From: Oscillospiraceae bacterium
GTDB lineage: Bacteria > Bacillota > Clostridia > Oscillospirales > Oscillospiraceae
DNA length: 64,000 nucleotides
NCBI GenBank assembly: GCA_030625685.1
Contig: DAOUQJ010000004.1
Location: 7,028-71,027 of the forward strand
Direction of reading: 5' to 3'
In this document: piece after piece, positions 10,967 to 20,942 of the stretch
Layout: each line of letters opens with the position of its first letter
How positions within the stretch are numbered: position 1 is the first letter of the stretch
Notes under the pieces: generated by a model
What the model was told of the DNA's origin: nothing
Databases searched by the model: none
What the model saw: the letters and a program-made list of their open reading frames with translations, nothing else
Position numbers and translations under genes: made by a program

Positions 10967-11389
10967 TTAATCCCCCTCGTACATAGCGCAGTTATCTGGG
11001 GTTTCATACACCGTCATCAAACAAACGGGAAACCCTTCTTTGCGCAAACGCTCAAATAAATATTTCGCCAGATTCTCTGCTGTAGGACGAAATGGCACAA
11101 CCACAAAGGAAAACCCTTCCGCCTCAAGCGCATCTAGCGTCGCAAGTTGCAAGCTACCTTGCTCATATATAAATGTGTGATCCAAAGAATCGGCAATCTC
11201 CTGCAGTGCTTTTTTGAAATCTGAAAAGTCAATCAGCATCCCTTTTTCAGGTCCGTCTTCTTTCAACTGCTCGCCAGCAATTTTGGCAACCATCCGCCAA
11301 CGATGACCATGTAAATTGGAACATTTTCCATCGTGTTCGTTCAAAAAATGAGCCGAGTCGAAGCTTGCTTCTGCTGTCAAATAATACAT
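10967..11389 (-). CDS. queD: 6-carboxy-5,6,7,8-tetrahydropterin synthase
   Basis: FDSAHFL...CSNLHGHRW is the PTPS-family motif. It is the first gene of the operon. Confidence 0.9.
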   Translation of the reverse strand: MYYLTAEASFDSAHFLNEHDGKCSNLHGHRWRMVAKIAGEQLKEDGPEKGMLIDFSDFKKALQEIADSLDHTFIYEQGSLQLATLDALEAEGFSFVVVPFRPTAENLAKYLFERLRKEGFPVCLMTVYETPDNCAMYEGD

Positions 11390-11467
11390 ATAAAATCCTT
11401 CCTCATTGGTGCAATCCTCAACAAAAAAATAAGAAGGAAGTTAGAAACTCCCCCCTCAAAAAAATTG

Positions 11468-11506
11468 CCTAGTTTTGTTTTGGGACAGGAGGGTCACGAA
11501 CTGTCC
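11468..11506 (-). promoter_or_regulatory. preQ1-I riboswitch aptamer upstream of queD
   Basis: The minus strand reads GGACAG-TTCGTGACCCTC-CTGTCC-CAAAACAAAACTAGG. That gives the P1 hairpin, an ACCC loop and the A-rich tail ending CTAGG, as in the preQ1-I consensus. A candidate terminator and T run follow, before queD. Confidence 0.7.
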
Positions 11507-11524
11507 TATTCTATTATGTCTCGT

Positions 11525-12907
11525 TTATTTACTTTCTTGCAAATTGACGAGTGTTTCTGCAACTTCAAATACATTTCCCGCGCCGACTGTCAAGATAAGA
11601 TCACCTGGTTTTGCCATATCATATAGCATTTGTGCCAATGTGTCAAGGTCACCTACCACCTTGGCATTGGGAATTTGATTGGCCAAATCTTGCGAAGAAA
11701 TGCCCACGATATTTCGCTCTCTCGCGGCATAGATTTCAGTTAGCCATAAAACATCTGCTTTTTGTAGTTCATAGACAAAATCAGAAAAGAGTTCTTTTGT
11801 CCTTGTATAAGTATGTGGCTGAAAAACGCAAATCACTCTTTCATAACCCATTTGAGATACACTGTCAAAGAGCGCTCTGAGTTCACTTGGATGATGTGCA
11901 TAGTCGTCGTATACCTTAGCACCTTTGACTTCGCCTTTATATTCAAAGCGTCGCCCTGCGCCAAAATAACTTTCTAAACCTTCTTTGATTGCTGAAGATG
12001 GAATTCCCAGTTGCATAGATGCCACAGCACTAGCCAGTGCATTTTGCACATTGTGCAAACCTGGTACACGCAAATCAATATGCGTGACAAACGCTCCCTT
12101 ATAAATCAAATCAAAGCTTGCATTTCCCTCGTTCCACTCTAGATTTTCTGTGTGCATATCACCTTGCGCTATGCCATACGTTATGGTTGCATCTACTTTC
12201 TCATAAATGGCATCCATTGCAATTTCATCATCTGCATTCACAATGACCGCACCATGCGATGGCACTTTTCGAGCAAAGTCTAAAAACGACTGTTTGATTT
12301 CGTCCAAACTCGTAAAGAAATCTAAGTGGTCGAGTTCAATATTCAAAATCACGGCAACTGTTGGGAAAAAGGAATGGAACGAATTGCAATATTCGCAAGA
12401 CTCCATAATAATGGTTTCACCTTCGCCTACACGATAGCCAGAACCGAGCAGTGGAATGGTGCCACCAATCATCACAGTAGGATCAATGTTAGCTGCCATT
12501 GCAATGTGTGTACACATAGATGTTGTCGTTGTTTTGCCATGCGTGCCTGCAAGGCAAAGTGCATTTTGGTAACGACGCATTAATACGCCCCACACTTCTG
12601 CACGTTCAAAAACAGGAATATTACACTGCCTTGCCATCACTATTTCTGGATTTTCATCTTTGACAGCAGCAGTTCGAATGACCATTTCTGCCTTTTTTAC
12701 ATCCTCATTTTGATGTCCAATCACCACAGGAATGCCCATGTCGCGCAAACGTGTGACTGCTTCAGATTCTTGCATGTCAGAACCTGTAATTGAAAGACCT
12801 TGGCCTTTGAGCACCTGAGCAAGCGGCGACATAGAAACCCCAGCAATCCCCACTAAGTGCGCACGGCGATGGTTTATAATATATTCTTCTATAAAATCTG
12901 CTTTCAT
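11525..12907 (-). CDS. murC: UDP-N-acetylmuramate--L-alanine ligase
   Basis: GIAGVSMS and GTHGKTTTTSM P-loop; Mur ligase architecture. Confidence 0.9.
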   Translation of the reverse strand: MKADFIEEYIINHRRAHLVGIAGVSMSPLAQVLKGQGLSITGSDMQESEAVTRLRDMGIPVVIGHQNEDVKKAEMVIRTAAVKDENPEIVMARQCNIPVFERAEVWGVLMRRYQNALCLAGTHGKTTTTSMCTHIAMAANIDPTVMIGGTIPLLGSGYRVGEGETIIMESCEYCNSFHSFFPTVAVILNIELDHLDFFTSLDEIKQSFLDFARKVPSHGAVIVNADDEIAMDAIYEKVDATITYGIAQGDMHTENLEWNEGNASFDLIYKGAFVTHIDLRVPGLHNVQNALASAVASMQLGIPSSAIKEGLESYFGAGRRFEYKGEVKGAKVYDDYAHHPSELRALFDSVSQMGYERVICVFQPHTYTRTKELFSDFVYELQKADVLWLTEIYAARERNIVGISSQDLANQIPNAKVVGDLDTLAQMLYDMAKPGDLILTVGAGNVFEVAETLVNLQESK

Positions 12908-13024
12908 TCCGGTTTACACACCTTTTAATTCAGATTATAATAATTATAATACGAAGCGGTGGATCAAAACAAGTATTTTTGAAATCCATCGCGATTCGAC
13001 TCTTTTGAATTCACGTTAATTTAG

Positions 13025-13552
13025 ATGGAAGTAGGGATTTTCTTGTTAAAGCTTTTCGGCGCAATGCACCTATCCTCAAGAGAGCTATTACAGCTTGCAC
13101 TAAGACGCACACATGGCAATCTAACCCTTCCTGGCATTGCTTATACCAGTCATGGAAAACCGTATTTTCCCAACTTGCCAGAGATTCACTTTAACCTCAG
13201 TCACAGTGGTGTCTACACACTCTGCGCGCTTTCTTCTCATTGCGTCGGCGTTGATATTGAGATCATAAAAACAAGAAAAACGCAATTACCTCAGTATGCC
13301 CTAACTGAGAAAGAATACACAGAGTATTTATCTCTTGGTGGAGACTTAGCATCCTTTTATCACATTTGGACGAAGAAAGAAGCTTATGTAAAATTCAACG
13401 GGCAAAGTATAGTGTCCTTTAAAAATACCGAAATTGACAACACCCTGCAATACAGTCATTACACCCAAGCAAACTTCAAAGCCTGCCTTTGTAGCACCCT
13501 ACCTGGTCCAGTATCTATTGTGTGGCTGACCGAATCTCCATCTGCTTTATGA
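13025..13552 (+). CDS. 4'-phosphopantetheinyl transferase (Sfp type)
   Basis: GKPYF, FNLSHSG, GVDIE and WTKKEAYVK motifs. The exact start is uncertain. Confidence 0.75.
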   Translation: MEVGIFLLKLFGAMHLSSRELLQLALRRTHGNLTLPGIAYTSHGKPYFPNLPEIHFNLSHSGVYTLCALSSHCVGVDIEIIKTRKTQLPQYALTEKEYTEYLSLGGDLASFYHIWTKKEAYVKFNGQSIVSFKNTEIDNTLQYSHYTQANFKACLCSTLPGPVSIVWLTESPSAL

Positions 13553-13635
13553 TATGTCATTTACTCAGTGATTTGTGACAAACATACACAAAACACTGAT
13601 TAGATGCAAGTTTTTTTCGCTTGCGTCTCTTTTTA

Positions 13636-16035
13636 TTATTTTGTCATATGTTGCGCTGCAGTCTTTAGCATCATTCGTTTTGTGCCCACTGTATCGAAAG
13701 CGATTTCAATCAGTGCATCGCCCCCCATAGCTTGGATGGACAAAATCATACCTTTGCCAAACGCCTTGTGTTCCACCATATCGCCTTTTGTATAGCTTGG
13801 CAGTGGGGCAGACTTAATTGGAGGTTTGCGATAAGCCACCTTATTTTTTGGCACTGCATGATAATTAGATGGTGGTGCAATCGTTTCTCTTGCTACTGGA
13901 CGCTCTGTTTGTGCGTTTTGTTTTCTGCTTCGCACATTGAGGTATTCTTCGGGAATTTCTCTAGAAAAACGGGAAGGCAAGTTTGCTGTTGTTTTCCCAA
14001 ACAGCATGCGTTGCCCTGCCGACGATAAGTGCAGCACTTTCTTTGCTCTTGTCATCGCAACATAACATAAGCGCCGTTCTTCCTCGAGCTCTTCCGTTTC
14101 TCCAATGGAGCGGAACCCAGGAAATACACCTTCCTCCATACCGACCACAAACACATGGGGAAACTCCAGCCCCTTGGCTGCGTGCATCGTCATGAGTGTG
14201 ACACTGTTATTGGTTTCGTCATGGCTATCTAAGTCAGTATACAGTGCGACTTCATCCAAAAATCCAGATAAGCTGCCTTCTTCTGTATTTTCTAGGTAAC
14301 CCGCAATCGAAGACCTGAGTTCTTTCACGTTTTCAATACGACTCATGTTCTCCTTCGGTTTTTCATTTAACATAGCCATATAGCCTGTCTTCTCCATCAC
14401 CTGCTCATAAAACTCAGGAAGAGATAGAAATTGTGCCGCTTGTTGCAATTCTTCCATCATACTGTAAAAGGCACGAAACTTGGGCGCCGATTTCGCAAGT
14501 GATGGATATTGTTCCACTCGCTCCAACACACTCCACAAAGGCAGTGACATTCCCTCTGCCACTTCTTTGAGTGTATCCAATGCTTTTTTCCCAATGCCAC
14601 GTGCAGGCACATTGATGATGCGAAGCAGTCTCAAATCATCTCTTGGGTTGTGTATGACACACAAATACGAGAGCATGTCTTTGACTTCTGCCCTTTCAAA
14701 ATAGCGCACGCCACCCACAATTTTGTATGAAATACTATTGCGTTTGAATGCAATTTCCATTTGATTTGACAGGGCATTCATGCGATATAATACGGCATTG
14801 TCTCGAAAAGGCGTTCCCTCACGATACGCTTCTAAAATCTGATTTGCCACATGATTGGCTTCATCTTGTTCATTGAACGCTTCATAAACTTGAATTTTTT
14901 CCCCATTGCCTTGGTCTGTCCACAGCTTTTTTCCTTTTCTTCCTTGGTTGTTGCCAATGACTGCATTGGCTGACTCCAAAATATGACCCGTTGAACGATA
15001 GTTTTGTTCCAATCGAATCACACGCGCATTGGGATAGTCTTGCTCAAAGGACAAAATATTGCGGATGGTCGCACCGCGAAAACGATAGATAGACTGGTCA
15101 TCATCACCCACAACGCACAAGTTTTTGTGACCATCGGCAAGCAGGGTTGTCAGCAAATATTGCAAATGGTTGGTATCTTGATATTCGTCCACTAAAATAT
15201 AACGAAATTTTTGCTGATAGTACGCGCGGACATCTTTATGTTGCTGCAAAATGCGCACTGTATGCAAAATAATATCATCAAAGTCGAGTGCGCCTGCACT
15301 CCACAGTTTATTCTGATATGACTGATACACCTTTGCTATCATTTCACGCCGGTAATCATTGTTATTTCTACTTTCTTCCAAATACTCCTCCGCGAGCATA
15401 CACTCATCTTTGGCTTTGGATATATAATTCATAATCGTGCGAGGTGGAAGCATTTTTTCATCAATATTCAGTTCTTTCATTGATGCTTTGATGACCCGCA
15501 AACTGTCGTCTGAGTCATAGATGGTAAAGCTAGATGGAAAACCCAAAACCTCAATTTCACGACGCAAAATTCGAACACAGGCAGAGTGAAACGTAGCCGC
15601 CCAAACATCTTGTCCCATTCCTCCAATTGATTGCTCCAAGCGTTCTTTGAGCTCGCCAGCTGCTTTATTGGTAAAGGTAATGGCCAATATTTGCCACGGT
15701 TTTGCTGGCTCTAGCGCGCAAATACGCTGCATTTTGAAATTGTCTTCCTCTGAGTGCGTCTCTTGACCTATATACGCTTCTAAATATGCAAGGTCCTCTT
15801 CTTTAATATAGGAAGGCACTTCATCTCGGTCAGACCCACCACCAAATCGAAGTAAATTTACAATGCGATTGATGAGCACCGTTGTCTTACCACTGCCTGC
15901 ACCAGCAAGGAGCAGAAGTGGCCCTTCCGTACTGAGAATGCCCTGTTGTTGCTCAGCATTCAATCGGTTAAATTGCATTGCGATTGCTTTTTTTCGCAAG
16001 ATGCAAAATTTGTTATGTAAACTCGTGTCGAGCAT
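13636..16035 (-). CDS. pcrA: ATP-dependent DNA helicase PcrA/UvrD
   Basis: AGAGSGKTT Walker A, VDEYQDTN, and the UvrD helicase motif series. 799 aa. Confidence 0.9.
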   Translation of the reverse strand: MLDTSLHNKFCILRKKAIAMQFNRLNAEQQQGILSTEGPLLLLAGAGSGKTTVLINRIVNLLRFGGGSDRDEVPSYIKEEDLAYLEAYIGQETHSEEDNFKMQRICALEPAKPWQILAITFTNKAAGELKERLEQSIGGMGQDVWAATFHSACVRILRREIEVLGFPSSFTIYDSDDSLRVIKASMKELNIDEKMLPPRTIMNYISKAKDECMLAEEYLEESRNNNDYRREMIAKVYQSYQNKLWSAGALDFDDIILHTVRILQQHKDVRAYYQQKFRYILVDEYQDTNHLQYLLTTLLADGHKNLCVVGDDDQSIYRFRGATIRNILSFEQDYPNARVIRLEQNYRSTGHILESANAVIGNNQGRKGKKLWTDQGNGEKIQVYEAFNEQDEANHVANQILEAYREGTPFRDNAVLYRMNALSNQMEIAFKRNSISYKIVGGVRYFERAEVKDMLSYLCVIHNPRDDLRLLRIINVPARGIGKKALDTLKEVAEGMSLPLWSVLERVEQYPSLAKSAPKFRAFYSMMEELQQAAQFLSLPEFYEQVMEKTGYMAMLNEKPKENMSRIENVKELRSSIAGYLENTEEGSLSGFLDEVALYTDLDSHDETNNSVTLMTMHAAKGLEFPHVFVVGMEEGVFPGFRSIGETEELEEERRLCYVAMTRAKKVLHLSSAGQRMLFGKTTANLPSRFSREIPEEYLNVRSRKQNAQTERPVARETIAPPSNYHAVPKNKVAYRKPPIKSAPLPSYTKGDMVEHKAFGKGMILSIQAMGGDALIEIAFDTVGTKRMMLKTAAQHMTK

Positions 16036-16163
16036 ATCGCCACCAATACTTTCTTTTGAAATTTCAAGACAAAATTATATACCAATCTAAGGGAATATGC
16101 AAACATAAAACGTCCACTAACTGACTTTTTCAAAATAAATTGACAGTAATATAGATATATGTC

Positions 16164-16192
16164 TTGTCATTTGTTAATACTCATGTTATAAT
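16164..16192 (+). promoter_or_regulatory. Candidate sigma-A promoter of the nad operon
   Basis: TTGTCA (16164-16169), a 17-nt spacer, then the extended -10 TGtTATAAT (16184-16192). Confidence 0.45.
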
Positions 16193-16274
16193 GTGCCGAA
16201 AACCATCGAAAAACTGTGCAACATTCCCTCATCAAGAGGTAAATACCTCCCAGTTTTGGGTATACTTTTATTAG

Positions 16275-17573
16275 GTGATAAACATGAACAAGGATTATGA
16301 TATTATAATCGTCGGCACTGGCGCAGCTGGTCTTTACTGTGCACTAAACCTGCCAACACATTTGCGCGTTCTGATGATTACAAAAAAAGAAGCAAAAGCT
16401 TCTGACTCTTTTCTCGCGCAAGGTGGGATTTGTGTTCTACGTGGTGAGAAAGACTATGATGCCTTTTATGAAGATACCATGAAAGCAGGTCATTATGTAA
16501 ATAACCCTAAAGCGGTTGATCTCATGATTCGCTCTTCAAACGCCATCATTCACGATTTGTTAAACCACGATATTCAATTTAATCAAGACGAAAATGGCAA
16601 CTTTTCTTACACAAAAGAAGGTGCTCATTCCCGTCCTCGCATCATGCACCATCAAGACATCACAGGGAAAGAAATCACCTCTGGTTTGCTTGATGCTGTT
16701 CGATCGCTCCCTAACGTTGATCTTTATGAAAATACCACAATGCTTGACATTGTGGAGACTGACAACGTCTGTGGCGGCATTGTGTTAGAACACATGAATA
16801 CTGGAAAACAGCAAATTGTCACATCCTCTTATGTTGTCTTATCAACAGGTGGCTTAGGTGGACTTTACGATAACACCACCAATTTTCAACATATCACAGG
16901 GGATGCTTTGGGCATTGCCATTGCACACAATGTCACGATGCAAAACATGGACTATGTCCAAATCCACCCCACTTCTTTATATTCAGAAACGAATGGAAGA
17001 CGCTTCTTAATATCTGAATCTGTACGTGGGGAAGGTGCTTATTTATACGACAAGAATTTGAACCGTTTCACCGATGAACTCATGCCAAGAGATAAGCTCA
17101 CTGCAGTCATTTTAAATCAGATGGAGAAAGATGGCACCCCACACGTATGGGAAGACATGCGCCATATGGGAAAAGAGCGTATTATGAGCCATTTTCCTAA
17201 TATTTATGACCACTGTCTCAAACAAGGCATTAACGTTTTAAAAGACCTGATTCCTGTAGTTCCTGCTCAGCACTATTTCATGGGCGGCATTGCAGTCAAT
17301 TTAGCTGGTCAAACTTCCATGCGCGGCTTATATGCCTGCGGAGAAACTGCTTGCAATGGTGTACATGGCAAAAACCGTCTAGCCAGCAACTCTCTACTGG
17401 AAGCCTTGGTTTTTTCGAAACGCGTGGCAGAAGACATCATGTTCAGCACAGATCACAAAGGTGGTTGCAGTACTGAACATGTAAAACTAGAACAATATAA
17501 AGACAAAGAAGCCTTACTCGAACACTATAAAAAACTTGTACTGGCTGAAATGGAAAGGACGACCCCATCATGA
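16275..17573 (+). CDS. nadB: L-aspartate oxidase
   Basis: IIIVGTGAAGL FAD motif. Operon context with nadC and nadA. Confidence 0.9.
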   Translation: MINMNKDYDIIIVGTGAAGLYCALNLPTHLRVLMITKKEAKASDSFLAQGGICVLRGEKDYDAFYEDTMKAGHYVNNPKAVDLMIRSSNAIIHDLLNHDIQFNQDENGNFSYTKEGAHSRPRIMHHQDITGKEITSGLLDAVRSLPNVDLYENTTMLDIVETDNVCGGIVLEHMNTGKQQIVTSSYVVLSTGGLGGLYDNTTNFQHITGDALGIAIAHNVTMQNMDYVQIHPTSLYSETNGRRFLISESVRGEGAYLYDKNLNRFTDELMPRDKLTAVILNQMEKDGTPHVWEDMRHMGKERIMSHFPNIYDHCLKQGINVLKDLIPVVPAQHYFMGGIAVNLAGQTSMRGLYACGETACNGVHGKNRLASNSLLEALVFSKRVAEDIMFSTDHKGGCSTEHVKLEQYKDKEALLEHYKKLVLAEMERTTPS

Positions 17574-18439
17574 ATGAACTCACTTTGTTGCTACAATGTG
17601 ACGAACTAATCAAACAAGCTCTGCGGGAAGACATCACAAGTGAAGACGTCTCCACCAATGCTGTCATGCCTCAAGCCAAACAAGGAAGTGTAGACCTCAT
17701 TTGTAAAGAAGATGGCGTCATCGCTGGGCTTCCCGTTTTTGGACGCACCTTTTCCCTTTTGGATGACCAAGCACGCATCAAGCTTTACTGCAAAGATGGC
17801 GATGCCGTCCAAAAAGGGCAAGTTATTGCACGTGTATATGGTGACATTCGCGTACTCCTTTCTGGAGAACGCGTTGCACTCAACTACCTCCAACGCATGA
17901 GTGGCATTGCTACCTACACAAGAGCTATGGTCGCACTTTTAGAAAACACTACGACAAAGTTACTTGATACGAGAAAAACAACACCAAACAACCGTGTGTT
18001 TGAAAAATATGCCGTCAAAGTTGGTGGCGCACAAAACCATCGCTATAACTTATCCGATGGTGTCATGCTCAAAGACAACCACATTGCAGCAGCGGGTGGT
18101 GTCCAAAAAGCAATTGAAATGGCAAAGGCATACGCACCTTTTGTCCGGAAAATTGAAGTAGAAACCGAAACACTTGACAGTGTGCGCGAAGCGGTAGAAG
18201 CTGGTGCAGATATCATCATGCTCGACAACATGACCATCCCTCAAATGCAAGAGGCAATGAGCATCATTGATGGACGAGCAGAAACGGAATGCTCAGGAAA
18301 CGTAACTTTAGAACGAATTGCTGCGCTATCCCAATTGGGTATTGACTACATTTCAAGTGGAGCACTCACCCATTCAGCGCCCATTTTGGATATTTCAATG
18401 AAAAACCTAAAACCAATTGAGGAGGGAGATTGTACATGA
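17570..18439 (+). CDS. nadC: Nicotinate-nucleotide pyrophosphorylase (carboxylating)
   Basis: LLDTRKTTP, NHR and IMLDN motifs. Confidence 0.9.
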   Translation: MNELTLLLQCDELIKQALREDITSEDVSTNAVMPQAKQGSVDLICKEDGVIAGLPVFGRTFSLLDDQARIKLYCKDGDAVQKGQVIARVYGDIRVLLSGERVALNYLQRMSGIATYTRAMVALLENTTTKLLDTRKTTPNNRVFEKYAVKVGGAQNHRYNLSDGVMLKDNHIAAAGGVQKAIEMAKAYAPFVRKIEVETETLDSVREAVEAGADIIMLDNMTIPQMQEAMSIIDGRAETECSGNVTLERIAALSQLGIDYISSGALTHSAPILDISMKNLKPIEEGDCT

Positions 18440-18996
18440 CAGTATCAGAACGTCGCGGTGAAATATTAAAACTCCTTCAAAATACCGACTCTCCAATCAC
18501 AGCCAAAGATTTAGCTCTTCGCTTCAACGTAAGTAGACAGGTCATTGTGCAAGACTTATCTGTCATACGTGTGGCTCATCCAAACATCATTTCAACCTAT
18601 CGTGGCTATCTCTTTCAACTTGCCACCACGCATTCCAGAGAGTTTAAGCTGCGTCATACAGACGATAAAGTGGAAGAAGAGCTCAATTTAATCGTCGACC
18701 TTGGTGGTCGCGTACAAAATGTCAGCATCAGCCATAAGTTTTATGGACGTGTCACAGCTGAAATGAACATCAGCTCTCGCCAAGATGTACAAGAATTCAT
18801 TGCTGCACTTCGCTCAGGTCAATCTAGTCACTTGAGTAACGCCACAGGTGGATATCATTACCACCTTGTCGAAGCACTCAGCGAAGAGCGCCTAGATATG
18901 ATAGAAAAGACCTTGGCAGAGCATAATTTTCTAGCCCCACTTAGCCCTTGGGAAATGTATGAAAAAAATTCAAAAAACGCAAATTTAAAATCATAG
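18430..18996 (+). CDS. niaR: NiaR (YrxA)-type transcriptional repressor of NAD biosynthesis
   Basis: N-terminal HTH (ERRGEILKLLQ...ITAKDLALRFNVSRQVIVQDL) and a C-terminal 3H-like domain. The gene is embedded in the nad operon. Confidence 0.8.
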   Translation: MYMTVSERRGEILKLLQNTDSPITAKDLALRFNVSRQVIVQDLSVIRVAHPNIISTYRGYLFQLATTHSREFKLRHTDDKVEEELNLIVDLGGRVQNVSISHKFYGRVTAEMNISSRQDVQEFIAALRSGQSSHLSNATGGYHYHLVEALSEERLDMIEKTLAEHNFLAPLSPWEMYEKNSKNANLKS

Positions 18997-19025
18997 AAAC
19001 AATACGATACGATGGAGGTTCCCTC

Positions 19026-19943
19026 ATGACCATTCATGAAATTCAAGCAGAAATTCTGCGTTTAAAAAAAGAAAAGAACATTTGTATTCTTGCACATAGC
19101 TACCAAGGACATGAAATTTTAGAAATCGCTGACTATACAGGCGATTCATATGGCCTCAGTGTAGAGGCGACCAGCGCAGATCAAGACACCGTGCTCATGT
19201 GTGGTGTTCGTTTTATGGCAGAGACTTGCAAAGTTCTCTCCCCAGAAAAAAAAGTCATCTTAGCTTCTCCTGACGCTGGCTGTCCAATGGCTGACCAAAT
19301 GGATCGAGCAATGATTGAGAAAGTGAAAATAGACTATCCCAACCACGCTGTCGTCTGCTACATCAATACCACTTCTGAACTCAAAACTGTGTGTGATGTC
19401 TGTGTAACATCTTCCTCAGCTGTACAAATATGCAATCAACTCCCGCAAAAAGACATTCTATTTATCCCAGACCAAAATTTAGCACAATATGTGGCTGAAA
19501 TGCTCCCAGAGAAAAACATCAAGTTTTTAGATGGTTGCTGTCCTTATCATGCTCTCATGACTATAGAAGATGTAAATCATGCGCGCAAATTATATCCAAA
19601 CGCGCAACTACTAGTGCATCCAGAGTGTCCTCCTGCGGTTGCCAAAGCAGCTGATTATGTCGGCTCTACGACAGGAATCATGCAATATGCTGCAAACTCT
19701 GAACACAATGAATTTATTATTGGAACCGAAACAAGCATTGTCGAGCACATGCAGTTTTCTTATCCTGATAAACATTTTTACCCACTATCAGGTTCTCTCA
19801 TGTGTCCTGAAATGAAAAAGACCACGCTCATGGATGTCTATCACTGCCTCAAACACAATGCAGGTGAAGAAATTGTTCTTTCAGCAGATGTTATGGAAGG
19901 CGCAAAACGCTGTATTGACGAAATGATTCGTTTGGGTGGCTAA
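19026..19943 (+). CDS. nadA: Quinolinate synthase
   Basis: ILAHSYQ, VRFMAET and HPECP motifs. Confidence 0.9.
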   Translation: MTIHEIQAEILRLKKEKNICILAHSYQGHEILEIADYTGDSYGLSVEATSADQDTVLMCGVRFMAETCKVLSPEKKVILASPDAGCPMADQMDRAMIEKVKIDYPNHAVVCYINTTSELKTVCDVCVTSSSAVQICNQLPQKDILFIPDQNLAQYVAEMLPEKNIKFLDGCCPYHALMTIEDVNHARKLYPNAQLLVHPECPPAVAKAADYVGSTTGIMQYAANSEHNEFIIGTETSIVEHMQFSYPDKHFYPLSGSLMCPEMKKTTLMDVYHCLKHNAGEEIVLSADVMEGAKRCIDEMIRLGG

Positions 19944-19973
19944 TCACCCTCGCAATCACGCACTAAACTTTTT

Positions 19974-20012
19974 AACCGCACCTAGAGCATCTCATTCTAA
20001 GGTGCGGTTTTC
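19974..20012 (+). terminator. Intrinsic terminator after nadA
   Basis: Stem aaccgcacct/aggtgcggtt followed by TTTT. Confidence 0.7.
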
Positions 20013-20101
20013 ATATTTCACAATACAATCTTCGACAACATGTTTTGTATCTTTTGCATTTATGATATAATGCAGAAATTAGATTGATAGGAGGCGCAAA
20101 T

Positions 20102-20767
20102 ATGTCTATCATAAGTGTGGTTCATGTTCCTGAAGGCATTGCCATGGCTGCCGATAGCAGGCTCACTGGACATAGAATCTATGAGAATAATCAAATAGAG
20201 AAATTCACTAGTTCAGATAATTTTCAAAAAATAGTCTTGTTATCCAAGTCACCAGTCGGCATCTCATGGGCCGGAGATGCCTTTCTAAACGGCAACGCAG
20301 TTAGTCATTTCATAAGCACATTTGAAACAGAAAATGTACATGAAAACGACTCTGTCACCCAGATTGCCACTGCCCTCAAAGACCGCCTTCGTCAAGAAAG
20401 TCCAGAAGCAAAAACCATGTTTTATATTACAGGCTATCGAAATTCTGTTCCCCATATTTATCTTTTGACAAAAGACGAGTTTACCTTAATCAATCAAAAC
20501 GAAAACGGTTTGGTCTACAGTTCTTTTATTGGAGGAGAAACAGAACCTATCGTAAAACTACTATATGGAGATAAACCTGCCGAAATCAATTATAGAGTGA
20601 TGCCACTCAAAGATGCGCTAGACTTATCCGAATTTTTAGTAGAACTCGTCATAGACTACCAGAGATTTAGCAATAAACTAGCCACTTGTGGTGGCTTTGT
20701 TGATGTGCTTGTGCTTACAAAAGACTATGCAAAATTTATCAAACATAAGGTATTAAATTCCGAATGA
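20102..20767 (+). CDS. Hypothetical protein with a proteasome-beta-like (Ntn hydrolase) N-terminus
   Basis: ATG 20102 follows GGAGG. M-SIISVVHVPEGIAMAADSRLTG resembles the proteasome/HslV beta-subunit start TTIvgi..dGvvlAADtR. The call rests on recall of that pattern only. Confidence 0.4.
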   Translation: MSIISVVHVPEGIAMAADSRLTGHRIYENNQIEKFTSSDNFQKIVLLSKSPVGISWAGDAFLNGNAVSHFISTFETENVHENDSVTQIATALKDRLRQESPEAKTMFYITGYRNSVPHIYLLTKDEFTLINQNENGLVYSSFIGGETEPIVKLLYGDKPAEINYRVMPLKDALDLSEFLVELVIDYQRFSNKLATCGGFVDVLVLTKDYAKFIKHKVLNSE

Positions 20768-20800
20768 GGTTCATCAAAAGACCACAAATTTTAAAAATCG

Positions 20801-20832
20801 AAAAAACCTCTCCTGTTAAAGGAGAGGTTTTT
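20801..20832 (+). terminator. Intrinsic terminator
   Basis: Stem cctctcc/ggagagg followed by TTTTT. Confidence 0.6.
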
Positions 20833-20942
20833 CGTATTCGAATATCAGATATCACTGTATTGCATGACTGAAAATCAAGCTTTTCTTTTTGCACTGCACC
20901 TATATTCTCAGTTTTCTTTTCATCATTTGTTGTCTTTACTTG

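Noticed and set aside
16140-16145. A perfect TTGACA as the nad promoter -35
   Set aside because: The nearest acceptable -10 is 41 nt away. The TTGTCA at 16164 with 17-nt spacing to TGtTATAAT fits better.
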